64,000 nt of DNA from Carcharhinus longimanus (taxonomy: Eukaryota), in assembly GCA_030264375.1 (NCBI GenBank), contig JASCQW010000119.1:7926026-7990025 (forward strand). Direction: 5' to 3'. The notes under the pieces are model-generated. The model was not told where the DNA came from. It saw only the letters and a list, made by a program, of their open reading frames with translations, and searched no databases. Numbering within the stretch: the stretch's first letter is position 1; every line of letters starts with the position of its first letter. Below, in pieces: positions 53,801-63,546 of this stretch. The position numbers were made by a program, and so were the translations under genes.

Positions 53801-56800
53801 CAGATAGATTTGTACGTTAGGCAGAAATAGGTTAATATATCTAAAGTTGTGTTGCCCTTTTCATTTCACCGGACAGGCTCCATTCAGACCTTTTTCTCCA
53901 ATGGAATTTTATGAATTATTTATCTTCCAGCCATGCATGTAACATTAATTTAATTGACTCAGGGCTTGTCGTTTCACAAACGAATAGGGGACGAAATTCA
54001 ATGTTATGAATAACATCTGCGGGCAAATTGAATTTAATTGGTGAAATTTTATGGCAATGTTATTTTTTGAAATTCCATGTACTTTGTGTTAATAATTGAA
54101 AGCAAATATATAAATATTATACGCCAGATGATGCTAATGCCGACTACCTTAATAATCAATACAGAATTGTCGGGCAATATTGTGGAAAACCTACTACCAC
54201 TGCTGCCAATGCTCGTTCTCTGGTATCTTTAGGGTGCAAAATGGAAAATATCAAGCAAAGAAATCTCATGAAAGAAGTGCTTGATTCTGCTTACATTGTC
54301 AATGGCTGTGCATGTTCTGCCCCTGAACTTGACGTGCATTTATGAATCTGAGTAGAGGCATTATTGATGGATATTTCAAGTTCCCTTATATGCCGCCCCG
54401 CAATTTCGGATTCAAAATGAAAAGGAAACTAAGAGAGGATAAACATAAAAGAAGTATAGAAAAGAGTGTTACACAGCAAATGAAATGCTCATTCCCAGAA
54501 GGTGTCCTTGCTGGAATCATGGAGGACCAGACGATTGATTAACTTGAAGGACCAGTCTCTTTATAGGGTGATTACACAAGCGCTGAAAGTTAGAAAACTC
54601 GCCCTCAGTAATGCTTTTGCAAAGCAATCATATATATTATTATGAAGGCCAAGTCGACATCAGTAGACTGCAACTCAGAGTCCCACCGTTAGGGGAAACA
54701 TGACCTGTATGTCGCAGCGCTGCACTGCAAGAACATTTTTTTTGAAAAAGAAACCCGTAATCAGCAGGTTAAACGTGAGTGAGATTCGTACATTGCTGAA
54801 TGTTATAACGATTAGTGACTCATGTTTGAAGACTTGTGGCGAAAAACAAATGTATCGTGTTGGGAGCGGAACGGTGAAATGTAGAATTTGAAGTATGCAT
54901 AAGCCAATCGACCGTTCGGGCTGCTCTACCATTCATTTTGATCATGGCTGTTCATGAATTCAATATCCTGATTTCCCCCTCATCCAGTATTTATTGAACT
55001 TTTTCAGCTCTCGGACTGTTCCGAATTTCCTTTTGAAATAAGGAACTGCTTGCCCGATGCCATTTCCAAGTACCATTCCGTCAGACAGCAGATGAACAGA
55101 CACCTTCATCTCACGAGCCGCGGTGTTGAAGGTCTCCAATATCTATACCCGATATCTCACCACTTCAAGGATCGTATGAAGGACTGTTCTCACAACCTTG
55201 TTAGCCTTCCCGGCTACGCAGTGAACTGACCTTCAAACGCACCTGCTTTATGACAGTGAGTGGCGCATTTTGGTCTCAAAGTTTATTCATTAGTGTCGCA
55301 AGAAGGCATAAATTTACATTGCAATACAAGTAATGAGCCATTGCCATAGTCGCCATGCTCTGGCGACTGTTCGAGTACAACGAGGAAACATTTAGCATGG
55401 CATTTGCACGTAACTATCATGTCTGTCAGACTGTGAAAGTACGCTGACACACCCAAAACACACTCCGGCAGACATGGTTGAACGTGCAGAATCCACACAA
55501 GCCGGGAATTGAACCGAGTTTGCCAGCGCCCTGAAGCAACATTGTTACGCACTGCGACCGTGCTGCCCAAATGTTTTTTTTCCGTCTCAACAGTAAGCTT
55601 ACATTAACACTATGATAAAGTTATTGGGGAACTTCCGCACTCACCACACTTCACTGCCTTTTCGGCTACACTGGGGGGGAATTTAGCATGACTAGTGGAC
55701 CTAATTGTCGCATACTTCGGGTGTGGGAAGGAAGTAGAGCATCCTGGGGAACATCATCCAGAAGGACATGTGGACTTTGCATCGACAGTGAACTAATACA
55801 GGGATCAAATCTGTGCCCGTGGTGCTTTGAAACGGCAGTGCAATTTATGTTCCACAGTGCCATCCTCTGTGCATCCATACAGTTCCGTGCATGAACAATC
55901 AATACTTAATATCGGAATGTGTTGTTCTTATATATGTGTATATGCACGGCAAATTTGCTGTGTTGATCCCTAAATCTTTGCTGTCTTCATACCAAACATC
56001 ATCCATCCTGAGGCTTGTTATGGGATGTTTCCTGCAGTCGTTATTGCCTTTTTTCACTACTGCACCGCCCCATCCTCCCGCTCCCCATTAAGCGCCACCC
56101 GCACCAATTCTAAAGCGGACATATTATTTAATGACTATCTCAGCAGAATAAGGGGAAAATCTTCCCTCTAGATTTGAACATGTTGCATTGTCCATCGAGT
56201 ATTAATTACAGCAGCTTTACTAATGTTGTATGTTTGATGTTGTCTGTATCTCACTGTTACATTTTTTAATCCATCTTGTGAACGCCTTGCATCCAGCCGT
56301 AGTTGCTTTGTCCATCATGGTTTGATGTACGATCATCCTGTCGTTAAGTCCTTTGTTTTTTTTGTGCAATGTTACTTTTTTCTTTCAAATGTCTTACCAT
56401 TCACATCAGTCATATACTGCAAGGGTCGTGGGATCCGTGGTTTGCTTGCAATAGGACAGGCGATCTGTCTTTCCTCCAGAAAGAGTGGGAAGGATTGGTG
56501 GTGAGAAGAAGTTTTTTTCAGGAAATCATAGATTTTCAAAAATTAAGAAGAAGAGCATTTGGCTGATCAAGTCTGACCATAATCTTTGAAAGATGAACTT
56601 CACAGCATTCTCTCTCTACCCCATTGATCCACGCGTTTGCCACTACTGAAATACATAACCAACGGATTTTTGAAAATTGTGGGGCACTTTTGCATTACGT
56701 ATCAACCTGAGGCGCAACGTGTGGGATTAGGCGGATGAACCCAAAACAATCCCTCATATATATATAAAAGAAAAAAAAACGTGCGAACTCCACAGCGTCT

Positions 56801-59800
56801 TCCAACGCCTGATTCGAATCTGTGTCTCTGGCACGACTAGGCAACTGTTCTAACCACTCCCGCCACAGCCCTAATAAAATATACTTTGCAGTGTTTTTGT
56901 CGAATGTGTAAAGCTTGATATTTCAGTGGCATGGAGACAACTTAATATCCGAATGCTGTTTCAGGACCAATTGCATGCGAAGGTATCATAACGATACCTC
57001 GATAAAATTGAGTGAGAAATTGAGTACCAATGGATCAAGTATTTTAAACAAGAAAACAACATCTTTGGTTATACTTCTTATTGAATGATCAATCGGGCTT
57101 ATATTATGAACATAGAGCATGCCCCCGATTTTTTTTTATATCATCTTCTGGAGTGCCTGAGATCAGAAATCTTGGCGATGGATTAATAGTTCATTTTTCA
57201 CGCATGCGCCCAGTATAAATTCGCACTTGTTTTCGTCTGATAATTACAAGCTACCCTCCACAGAAGGAAGCACACTGCACAGTTAGTGATTAGCCAACAG
57301 AAAAAGAAAACACCGTTGCAGGAATAAAAAATCATGCTGCATTCAAAATTCTGCTTTATTTCAATGTTTGGCAGGGCTGGGAACAAATACTGAATTTTTT
57401 GGGCGTATTCTTACCGTCACGTCCGCCCGAGGTACGTACGATCCCGCCTGAGGCCAATGGAGAATGCTATTCTCGAATCTCGCCCGCCCCTGCATTCAGG
57501 CCTGGCGCGCCAATAAGATGCTGCCACTGTTTTATAAATCCGCGATAATCGCGTTGAATCCTCCAATTCGTCTTCACAACTGTGCGGCATCTCTTCTATT
57601 GCTTCACATCACCAAAATCAATCAATAATTTAAAGAAGTGAAAGATAATTTGTTATTGTCGCGTTCGCACGTCAGGTCTGCAATTCGCAATGCATTACTA
57701 CTGAAACTTCACTCGTTCTGTTGTTATAACTTTCCATAAATTGCATTTATTCTATTTTAACGTTATGACCTTTGTTCGAAGAAATTTCAAATGTCTTATT
57801 TCCGATTTCGNNNNNNNNNNNCCCAACCCCACATCCAATGTCGAGCACTCAGTTTTGCCAAACATTTATTTTTCAGAGCTTCAGGAACTTCTACAAAAGA
57901 CAAGTAAATAACCAAAGCTATTTTCTCTTAATGATTGAATGACTGCAACAACGGGAGACAATTTATAGTTAATGGCCGGCTTATGCATCTCAAATACTGT
58001 GTTTTTGGTGACAAATTTGTCAACGTGTTCTAAGTTTGTTTTTGGGGCAAGCATTCAACAAACACCGTCCAACGCGCGATCAGATAGTAAGTTGTTTGAA
58101 ATCAGAATATGCCATTACCGGATTTGAGCATAGACAATAACGTCCGCTATAATCATATTTCCCAAATGAAAGCAGCTGCTTGAAATGTGTTAGTAAAACA
58201 CTCAAAGCCAGAAGTTTGAAATAGCGATCGACGTGAAAACACAAGATGAGAGCGAACATGCGTTTTTTTTTCCCGTAAAGTTAAACCTTTCCTGATGTCC
58301 GTAAGAGTCAGTTGTAGAGAATTCACCTCCCAGAAGCCAGACATTTAACTTTCCTGTTGAAGAAACTGTCCTGCGAATATGACGACGATTCGCGTCTTAC
58401 TCACTTATAGTAACTGTTGAAATAACACTAATATGTTCAGATTTATTTCGAAATATTGGTGATGTGATGTCACGTTGTTCTTTTAGCAAAATAAATTTGA
58501 AATATGTAACTTGATGATAAAAATCGCAACCTAACGTAGAAATAAGAATATGATGATCATAGAGAATAAATGTTGAAATGTTTTGCTAATAGTTTGCTAC
58601 ATTCATGCTAATTCTGCATCAGACCTATTTCATGCAAGAACAGAGGAGTAATACCCTGCCGAAAAAAAGCGGAAAAATCGTTCAGATTTTGAACTCTGGC
58701 CTGAAAAAATAACATATGCAACACATCGTCTTTTCGAGTTTGATTTGTTTGATCTCTGAAAGGGCATTGTCGAAAATACGTTTGATGTGCCACTCGTTCT
58801 TAGACGTTAAGGTCGCTCACTAAATACTTCCCTTAAAAGAGCGCCCCCTTCACAACTCATCATGCTTTGACCTCGCACAGAGCAATAAGTCAATTAAACA
58901 GAAATTGTCAACTATATGTTCCAGAATTTTGAGCGAGTATTCGCCCCTGGTTAAGTTCGTCCAGTTATGTTGTTATTAGGAAAAAAAAATCATTTCCAAT
59001 GCTATCAACAATCAATGGTACCGTTATATGGTTAGATATAATGGGATATAAAGGAAATGACAATAACGTTTAGAACTGATTTATTAGTCTCAAGTAGGCT
59101 TACATTAGCATCACAATAAAATTAATGTGAAATTCCGCTCGTCACCACATTCCAGCCTGTTCAGATAAATTCACGTAACCAGCACGTTTTCAGACTGCTA
59201 AACCTGCAAACGAACGTACGGTTTACGAGGAGCAACATGGTGTAGTTCGTACTGTTTTGAAATTCTAAAAGATCATGGATGATTTGATTGTGGCCTTAAT
59301 TCCCGATTCAACGTATCGCTAATAACGTTTCAATACACGGAGGAGATTGTTGCCGACAATTCATTCTCACCTGAGGGAAATAAAACGCCGGATCCTAATC
59401 TGCATCCTAGTTTGCAGATAAAGAGGCTTAATTCATTTCTCTCGTCCTGGTCTGCACCATGAACAGAGTAATGATTGTTTGGATACACTCCGTCAACTTG
59501 CCTTTGGATCTCATATGTTGCAATGGGAGCTAGTTTCATTCTTCTCTCCGACTTTTATTCTAATCTCATCTTGTCAATACTTCCATAATAAGATGAATTC
59601 CTGAGGCATGATAAATCCATCAGCCAAGCGAATCTTCCCTGAACCGTTTGTAAATAAGTTTACTGCTTATTTAATGGACATGACGAACCGGTCCACAGTA
59701 ATCCACATGCAATTTGTTTTTTACTGCTTATTTAATTGAAATAACGAAACTGTCCACAGTAATGCAAATGCAGTTTCATCAACTCCTTGTTAAATGTAAA

Positions 59801-62477
59801 TATAACGGTCGTCTTCAATATAATTTGACTTACATTGATTGTTGTTATATTCAAACGCCTAAAGTGTAGCTCTGGTGCGCGGACAAAATATAATAAAACG
59901 TGATTTTATCTGTTTTCTAGTGAACACATTGTTTGAGTCAGAAAAAGGTATGTTGTGCCACAAAACAACGTGTAGAAAAGATGATTAAGTTGGGATTTAT
60001 TTCATGTAGACGGAAACAAATAAAACACAAATATCAAATCAGGAATGTTGCAAGTGTTAACGAAATGCATGTATGAACAGAATGATGCACAATGAATCGC
60101 ATTCAGAATATTACAACTCGATCCATTTTGCAAGAGAGAGACAAAAAAGAAACACTTGAGCACTGAGTTCAACATCAGTACATAACGGCTCTATTTAATA
60201 CATGGAAAATATTATTCTAGATGCCAATTTGTGCCATCATGCCCTCTTATTTGAAATATTGTTCAGACGCAATTAAAGTGTGGAAATCTTCGAAGAGCAC
60301 CTCCCTGGAAGGATAAATATTTTTATAAATGTATAAAAAGGAAGAGGCTGGCTAGGGTGAACGTTGGTCCCTTAGAGGATGAGAAGGGGGACTTAGTGGT
60401 AGGGGATGNNNNNNNNNNNNNNNNNNNNNNNNNNNNNNNNNNNNNNNNNNNNNNNNNNNNNNNNNNNNNNNNNNNNNNNNNNNNNNNNNNNNNNNNNNNN
60501 NNNNNNNNTTATTGAATGGCGGGGCAGGCTCGAAGGGCTAGATGGCCTACTCCTGCACCTATTTCTTATGTTCTTATGTTCTTATAACTTACTGAAAAAA
60601 AAGAGAACATGTGTTGTAGAAGTTCGACTTGACTTGCTCAAACACTTACAGTCTACATAATGCTAAAAAAACGTTGGGAACAATTGCAACTTGTCTAAAA
60701 TGTTAGCATTGTTCATATCGTTTCCGTCTTCTTGTTTTCTCTCCTAAATTATAGTGAAGCTGTGTTGAAACATCTGTGAAGGATGCGCAGAACGGCAATG
60801 TGCATATTTCACAAGCGCATAAAAAAAAAAGTGGTCCAACAATAATTGTGTTGTACAGGAACATTTCACTTCCTGTTTGTTTTGTTTTAAGAAATGTCTT
60901 TGACATTCAAATAAAAGATCTGCGACTTCAGCATGCAATGTCCTAGTATGTTCTGAATAACGGTATGATACAGGTCTCTTGATACTGCCATGAGTGAACT
61001 TGGAAACAAATGGCGTGCTATAAATTTTATATTTCGAACAAAATGAGAAATAAGATGCGAACATCACCGATTCTTTCTGACCGAGAAAGCTATGGCGTTT
61101 CGTTTCAGAGGTTAAGAAGTTTGAAAGTAATCGTGAGGATCATGGTTCGTGTCAATTATTCGTGCCACAATTATCTTTGGAAGTTAAATATATTGAAAGA
61201 ATTGTTAGTCCTTACAGCGCCCAATCGATGTATCCTAGCATAGAGTTTTGAGTGGTGGGGACAACACTCGAATTTCCTTACAAATGTATACAGTTTGCAG
61301 TTGGACATCCTGGTAATATATAGGAAGTCCATCAATCGTAAACATCAAAATGGTTCTTCTCCAAATGTCATGTGTTCCAGATATTCTGTAAAGCTGTAAA
61401 GTAACATCTGCAACATAATCTGTACACAATGTCGCATTGTTATGTCACTCTCAATCAAATATTCAGTTACTTTTTGAGGTTTGCCACTCCACAAGCTGAA
61501 CATTAACTGCAATCTAGACAACAATAATTATTGATGTGCAATTCAAATAATCATTGGAACCCTGCATTATTTGCGATTATAAAGAAATGTGTCCACTTTA
61601 CTCGATTTTTTTCAGTAGAAAACAAATTATAACGGAGAACAAAGAAAGTTGCAACACAGGAACTGGCCTTTGGGACATTCTGTCTGTCTGAAATAAACCA
61701 CCCGACACTTCCGAGGACCACACCCCTCCATTCGCATTCAATGTACATAATTGTACATAAGCCCTTAAAATTCACTATCGTATTTGTTTCCACGACCAAC
61801 CTTGGCACTGAGTTCCACAAACACATCACCACGCCTTCAACCTATGCCCCCTATTAAGAGACAATTCCATTCTGGGCGACAAAAAAAAACGCTTCCAACT
61901 ATCCACTCTGTCCATGCTGCCGATCATCTTGTAGACTTCAACCACTTTCTTTCCAGCGAGAACAGACCATGTTTCTCCATCCTTCCCAATTACTGATGCC
62001 CTCCAAACCACACGGCAACGTGGTAAAGCTTTTGATGTTCCACGCATTGCTCTTTAATTTTGGAAAGACGTTACTGAATTACTTAGCAACATTGCACGTC
62101 GAAGCACTTTGGTACAATTTCCGCTTTAGCCCCAAAGCACTAAATTTTCAAAAGAAACAGTCGTCAGTATGTATCAAGTTCGCAAGTTTCTAAATGTTAC
62201 TAGTACACGTTCGGGAGTAGTCTTGCAAAAGTCATAATGTCGCTCCTCCTCAATATTAAATTATTGCATAAGTATTAATGTGACTGTTTGTTCATGTTGT
62301 GTTGCATTTCTCTCAAAATGGATATGGAATCACAATAAAGTGTGCGTCGCATATATTCTGTGATGCAATTAACATGTGAAAAGCAGACAACAATGTCAAA
62401 TAACTGTATGAACTTTTTGAAACCTGCATACGTCTTAATTTACGTGACAGAAGAGACCGTGAAGAAGTGTGAGAATG
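8300..62477 (+). CDS. Partial multi-exon gene built of at least 20 phase-1 microexons, encoding an S/T/P-rich segment plus a coiled-coil-like region; identity unknown
   Basis: 20 AG|exon|GT units, all 3n long (13x27, 4x30, 3x36 nt). Spliced frame is open: DWSRPTSKKP-DGSEASTITP-GLSKPSTAPP-GATTVHNEL-DKCEQLLQDL-MNQHMTLTQ-ENSRLQDELNNA-EYERKTLKQ-EQLLQKKEQ-ALDEKCPSS-DQRVIDLKE-ENTRLQNGLKNA-NDKLKQVQQ-GKHLEKKEQ-AFDKKCPTT-NQRVLELRE-ELKIVKQKFETK-...-ELQELLQKT-MNTLFESEK-EETVKKCEN. Confidence 0.8.
9736..9765 (+). CDS. 30-nt microexon DGSEASTITP
   Basis: cttgttttccttcag|...cctg|gtgagt. Confidence 0.8.
11159..11188 (+). CDS. 30-nt microexon GLSKPSTAPP
   Basis: ctcttctttaccttcag|...cctg|gtgagt. Confidence 0.8.
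11480..12890 (+). mobile_element. Two degenerate CR1-like LINE 3' fragments (~11480-11740 and ~11870-12890)
   Basis: tatattaatgatcta..tttgcagatgacacaaaa (FADDTK-like) near 11955-12015; CR1 3' UTR cagattagccatgatc...cctgctcctaattcctacgttc. Confidence 0.75.
14248..14274 (+). CDS. 27-nt microexon GATTVHNEL
   Basis: catttctctgaaccag|...ctag|gtaagt. Confidence 0.8.
   Translation, partial: EQRLCTTN
14872..15178 (+). mobile_element. tRNA-derived SINE (HE1-like)
   Basis: cacggtgacacagtggttagcactgctgcctcacagcgccagggac...gagtttgcacattctcc...ctctatgattctg. Confidence 0.88.
15380..15870 (-). mobile_element. Highly degenerate CR1-like 3' fragment
   Basis: Resembles the CR1 3' end at 22740-23150 (gagaattcctcagactcag...ctaaat; gaatattgcagatctggtgtcac). 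Confidence 0.5.
17130..17455 (-). mobile_element. tRNA-derived SINE of a second family
   Basis: gcggtgggattcgaacccg is a reverse B-box; its tail resembles the 3' end of the LINE-like fragment at ~33680. Confidence 0.7.
17715..17744 (+). CDS. 30-nt microexon DKCEQLLQDL
   Basis: ttaatattttaag|...ctca|gtaagt. Confidence 0.75.
19127..19153 (+). CDS. 27-nt microexon MNQHMTLTQ
   Basis: tattttcaaatag|...caag|gtaagt. Confidence 0.8.
20671..20706 (+). CDS. 36-nt microexon ENSRLQDELNNA
   Basis: ttttcaacttcag|...gcgg|gtatga; paralog at 37364. Confidence 0.85.
22038..22064 (+). CDS. 27-nt microexon EYERKTLKQ
   Basis: cttttctcttccag|...cagg|gtaatc; paralog at 38713. Confidence 0.85.
22561..23735 (-). 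mobile_element. 5'-truncated, relatively young CR1-like LINE
   Basis: cataagaacataagaa tail; RRNFFSQRVVNLWN; KKANGMLTFI...LLQLYRVLVRPHLEYC. Confidence 0.92.
25250..25480 (+). mobile_element. Degenerate SINE, present only in duplication copy 1
   Basis: tgctgcctcagagcgacagg...ttgcacgttctccatatgtgcgtg. Confidence 0.6.
25993..26019 (+). CDS. 27-nt microexon EQLLQKKEQ
   Basis: ttgattgaatag|...caag|gtaatt; paralog at 43371. Confidence 0.85.
26591..26928 (-). mobile_element. tRNA-derived SINE
   Basis: agaacaaagaaca tail; gggaaccggagcacc...ggagaatgcgcaaactcccacagac. Confidence 0.8.
27150..27465 (-). mobile_element. Well-preserved CR1 RT fragment spanning a gap
   Basis: DTGEVPEDWRMANVVPLFKKGRRDSPGNYRPVSLTSVVGKLMERILRD. 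Confidence 0.92.
28193..28219 (+). CDS. 27-nt microexon ALDEKCPSS
   Basis: tttctttcccacag|...tccg|gtaaga; paralog at 43811. Confidence 0.85.
31956..31982 (+). CDS. 27-nt microexon DQRVIDLKE
   Basis: ttttatttaacag|...gaag|gtaaga; paralog at 47446. Confidence 0.88.
33350..33735 (+). mobile_element. Degenerate LINE-like 3' fragment
   Basis: ccatctacaag...taccttccaaaacc...gttccttc..tgtcgct...gcagctctccatcactttctc; 3' end similar to the SINE tail at 17130. Confidence 0.5.
35935..35994. repeat. (CA)n microsatellite
   Basis: Imperfect CA run. Confidence 0.9.
37364..37399 (+). CDS. 36-nt microexon ENTRLQNGLKNA
   Basis: tttccgttttcag|...gcta|gtatga. Confidence 0.85.
38713..38739 (+). CDS. 27-nt microexon NDKLKQVQQ
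   Basis: cctctctcgcag|...caag|gtaatc. Confidence 0.85.
41808..41838. repeat. (TG)n microsatellite
   Basis: Perfect TG run; absent at the corresponding site of copy 1. Confidence 0.9.
43371..43397 (+). CDS. 27-nt microexon GKHLEKKEQ
   Basis: tttgattgaatag|...caag|gtatta. Confidence 0.8.
43811..43837 (+). CDS. 27-nt microexon AFDKKCPTT
   Basis: ttttttttccatag|...acaa|gtatgt. Confidence 0.85.
47446..47472 (+). CDS. 27-nt microexon NQRVLELRE
   Basis: cttttattcaatag|...gaag|gtaaga. Confidence 0.88.
49737..49772 (+). CDS. 36-nt microexon ELKIVKQKFETK
   Basis: cttcctgtttcag|...aaag|gtcaga; continues the coiled-coil pattern. Confidence 0.75.
51640..52350 (-). mobile_element. Highly degenerate CR1-like fragment
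   Basis: Resembles the other minus-strand CR1 3' regions (gaagagtcatattgctc...gtgcgcagtggtctaaac). Confidence 0.45.
52489..52555. repeat. (CA)n/(CG)n microsatellite
   Basis: Alternating purine-pyrimidine run. Confidence 0.9.
55281..55865 (-). mobile_element. Two adjacent tRNA SINEs (~55281-55568 and ~55570-55865)
   Basis: Each has a reverse core (aacgtgcagaatccacac / acatgtggactttgcat), a reverse B-box (gggaattgaacc / gggatcaaatc) and a ccgtgctgccc-type head. Confidence 0.75.
56480..56500 (+). CDS. Candidate 21-nt microexon ERVGRIG
   Basis: ctgtctttcctccag|...ggtg|gtgaga; open in phase 1 but atypical composition. Confidence 0.35.
56640..56872 (-). mobile_element. Degenerate SINE
   Basis: aacgtgcgaactccacag...gattcgaatc...ggcaactgttctaaccact. 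Confidence 0.65.
57877..57903 (+). CDS. 27-nt microexon ELQELLQKT
   Basis: atttatttttcag|...acaa|gtaaat. Confidence 0.7.
59659..59776. repeat. ~60-bp tandem duplication
   Basis: tttactgcttatttaat...gtccacagtaat...atgca occurs twice. Confidence 0.85.
59921..59947 (+). CDS. 27-nt microexon MNTLFESEK
   Basis: ttatctgttttctag|...aaag|gtatgt. Confidence 0.8.
60325..60585 (+). mobile_element. Young CR1-like LINE (interior lies in a gap)
   Basis: 3' end attgaatggcggggcaggctcga...ttcttatgttcttatgttctta, near-identical to the reverse complement of 22561-22640. Confidence 0.88.
61630..62000 (-). mobile_element. CR1-like 3' fragment
   Basis: CLWNSVPRLVVETNTIVNFK; EVYKMIGSMDRVD...RGHRLK. Confidence 0.75.
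62451..62477 (+). CDS. 27-nt microexon EETVKKCEN
   Basis: cttaatttacgtgacag|...aatg|gtagga. Confidence 0.7.
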
Positions 62478-63463
62478 GTAGGAACAAATTAAATCCGTGT
62501 GAGTTCTCAAATCTTCGTCTATCCATGCGAAATCAATTGTTGTGCAATTCGGGGAATTATATAAGAGAAAGAAAAAAAAAATATTTTGTAAATGTACCAC
62601 AAGTTTTGGCCTGTTCTTGATGGCGCGCATTGTCTTGTTCATTCAGTATGCATTGTTGAGCATTGCATGTGAATTTCCAAAGCGGCATCAACTTTATTTT
62701 CCGTGTCTTTTCGACTGCATATTGTGTTTTATTTCACTTGTAACTTGTATGCACATTAGAAAGACAATTGTGAGAGACATTAGGACAGAGGGGATGGCGG
62801 TTTGCCAGAAAGCCTGTAAATCGACATTTTTTTAAATCAAGATAAGGGACAGGGACTTGACAGACATAATGTTCTCGTTCCTGTTGTGACGGCGCCATGT
62901 CTCCTTTGTTTAAAATTGAAACTTTACTCGTAATTTTCATTCATGTCATCGATTTCAATTCAGGCTCTTGCATGTGTTGGAATTCTCCCGTCCCACCCAC
63001 CAGGGGAATTGTTGCGTCCTGGAGGCGGACCATGCAAATATCTCTTGAGCTCGGGCAATATTTTCCGGTTCTGAGCCGAAAGTAGCGGATGAATTCCACC
63101 AGTTATTTTTGTTGGTCCTAAGCAAGCACTGACAAGCACACAACCAACTAAAAACAAAAGGATTTATAACATATTTCATGAGTAGTCGAAATAACAGCAC
63201 ATCATATTAAGATGTTCTTCCACCCACCGAGACTGAGCCGACGCATGCCGATTCTGTCAGCTAAAGACGCTCGATTTTATCCGCGTGGTCCGTATCCCTC
63301 AATGCCCTGTCGATTATATATCTGCCAATATGCTTTTTAAGCGACACTATTGCATCCGCTTCCCCCAAATCCTCTGGCAGTATATTCCATCAGCTTATCA
63401 CGTCCTGGAAAAAATGCCGCTCACATCTTATGGTACCATCACACCCACCCCCCTCCCCCCCCG

Positions 63464-63546
63464 ACACACACATACGCGCGGGCGCACACACAAACACACA
63501 CACGCGCGGGCGCAAACGCAACCACACACACAAGCGCACACACACA
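63464..63546. repeat. Imperfect (CA)n/(CG)n microsatellite inside a degenerate CR1 3' fragment (~63260-63620)
   Basis: cacacacatacgcgcg...cacacacattt; flanked by cctctggcagtatattccat...tggaaaaaatgccgctcacatc. Confidence 0.75.
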
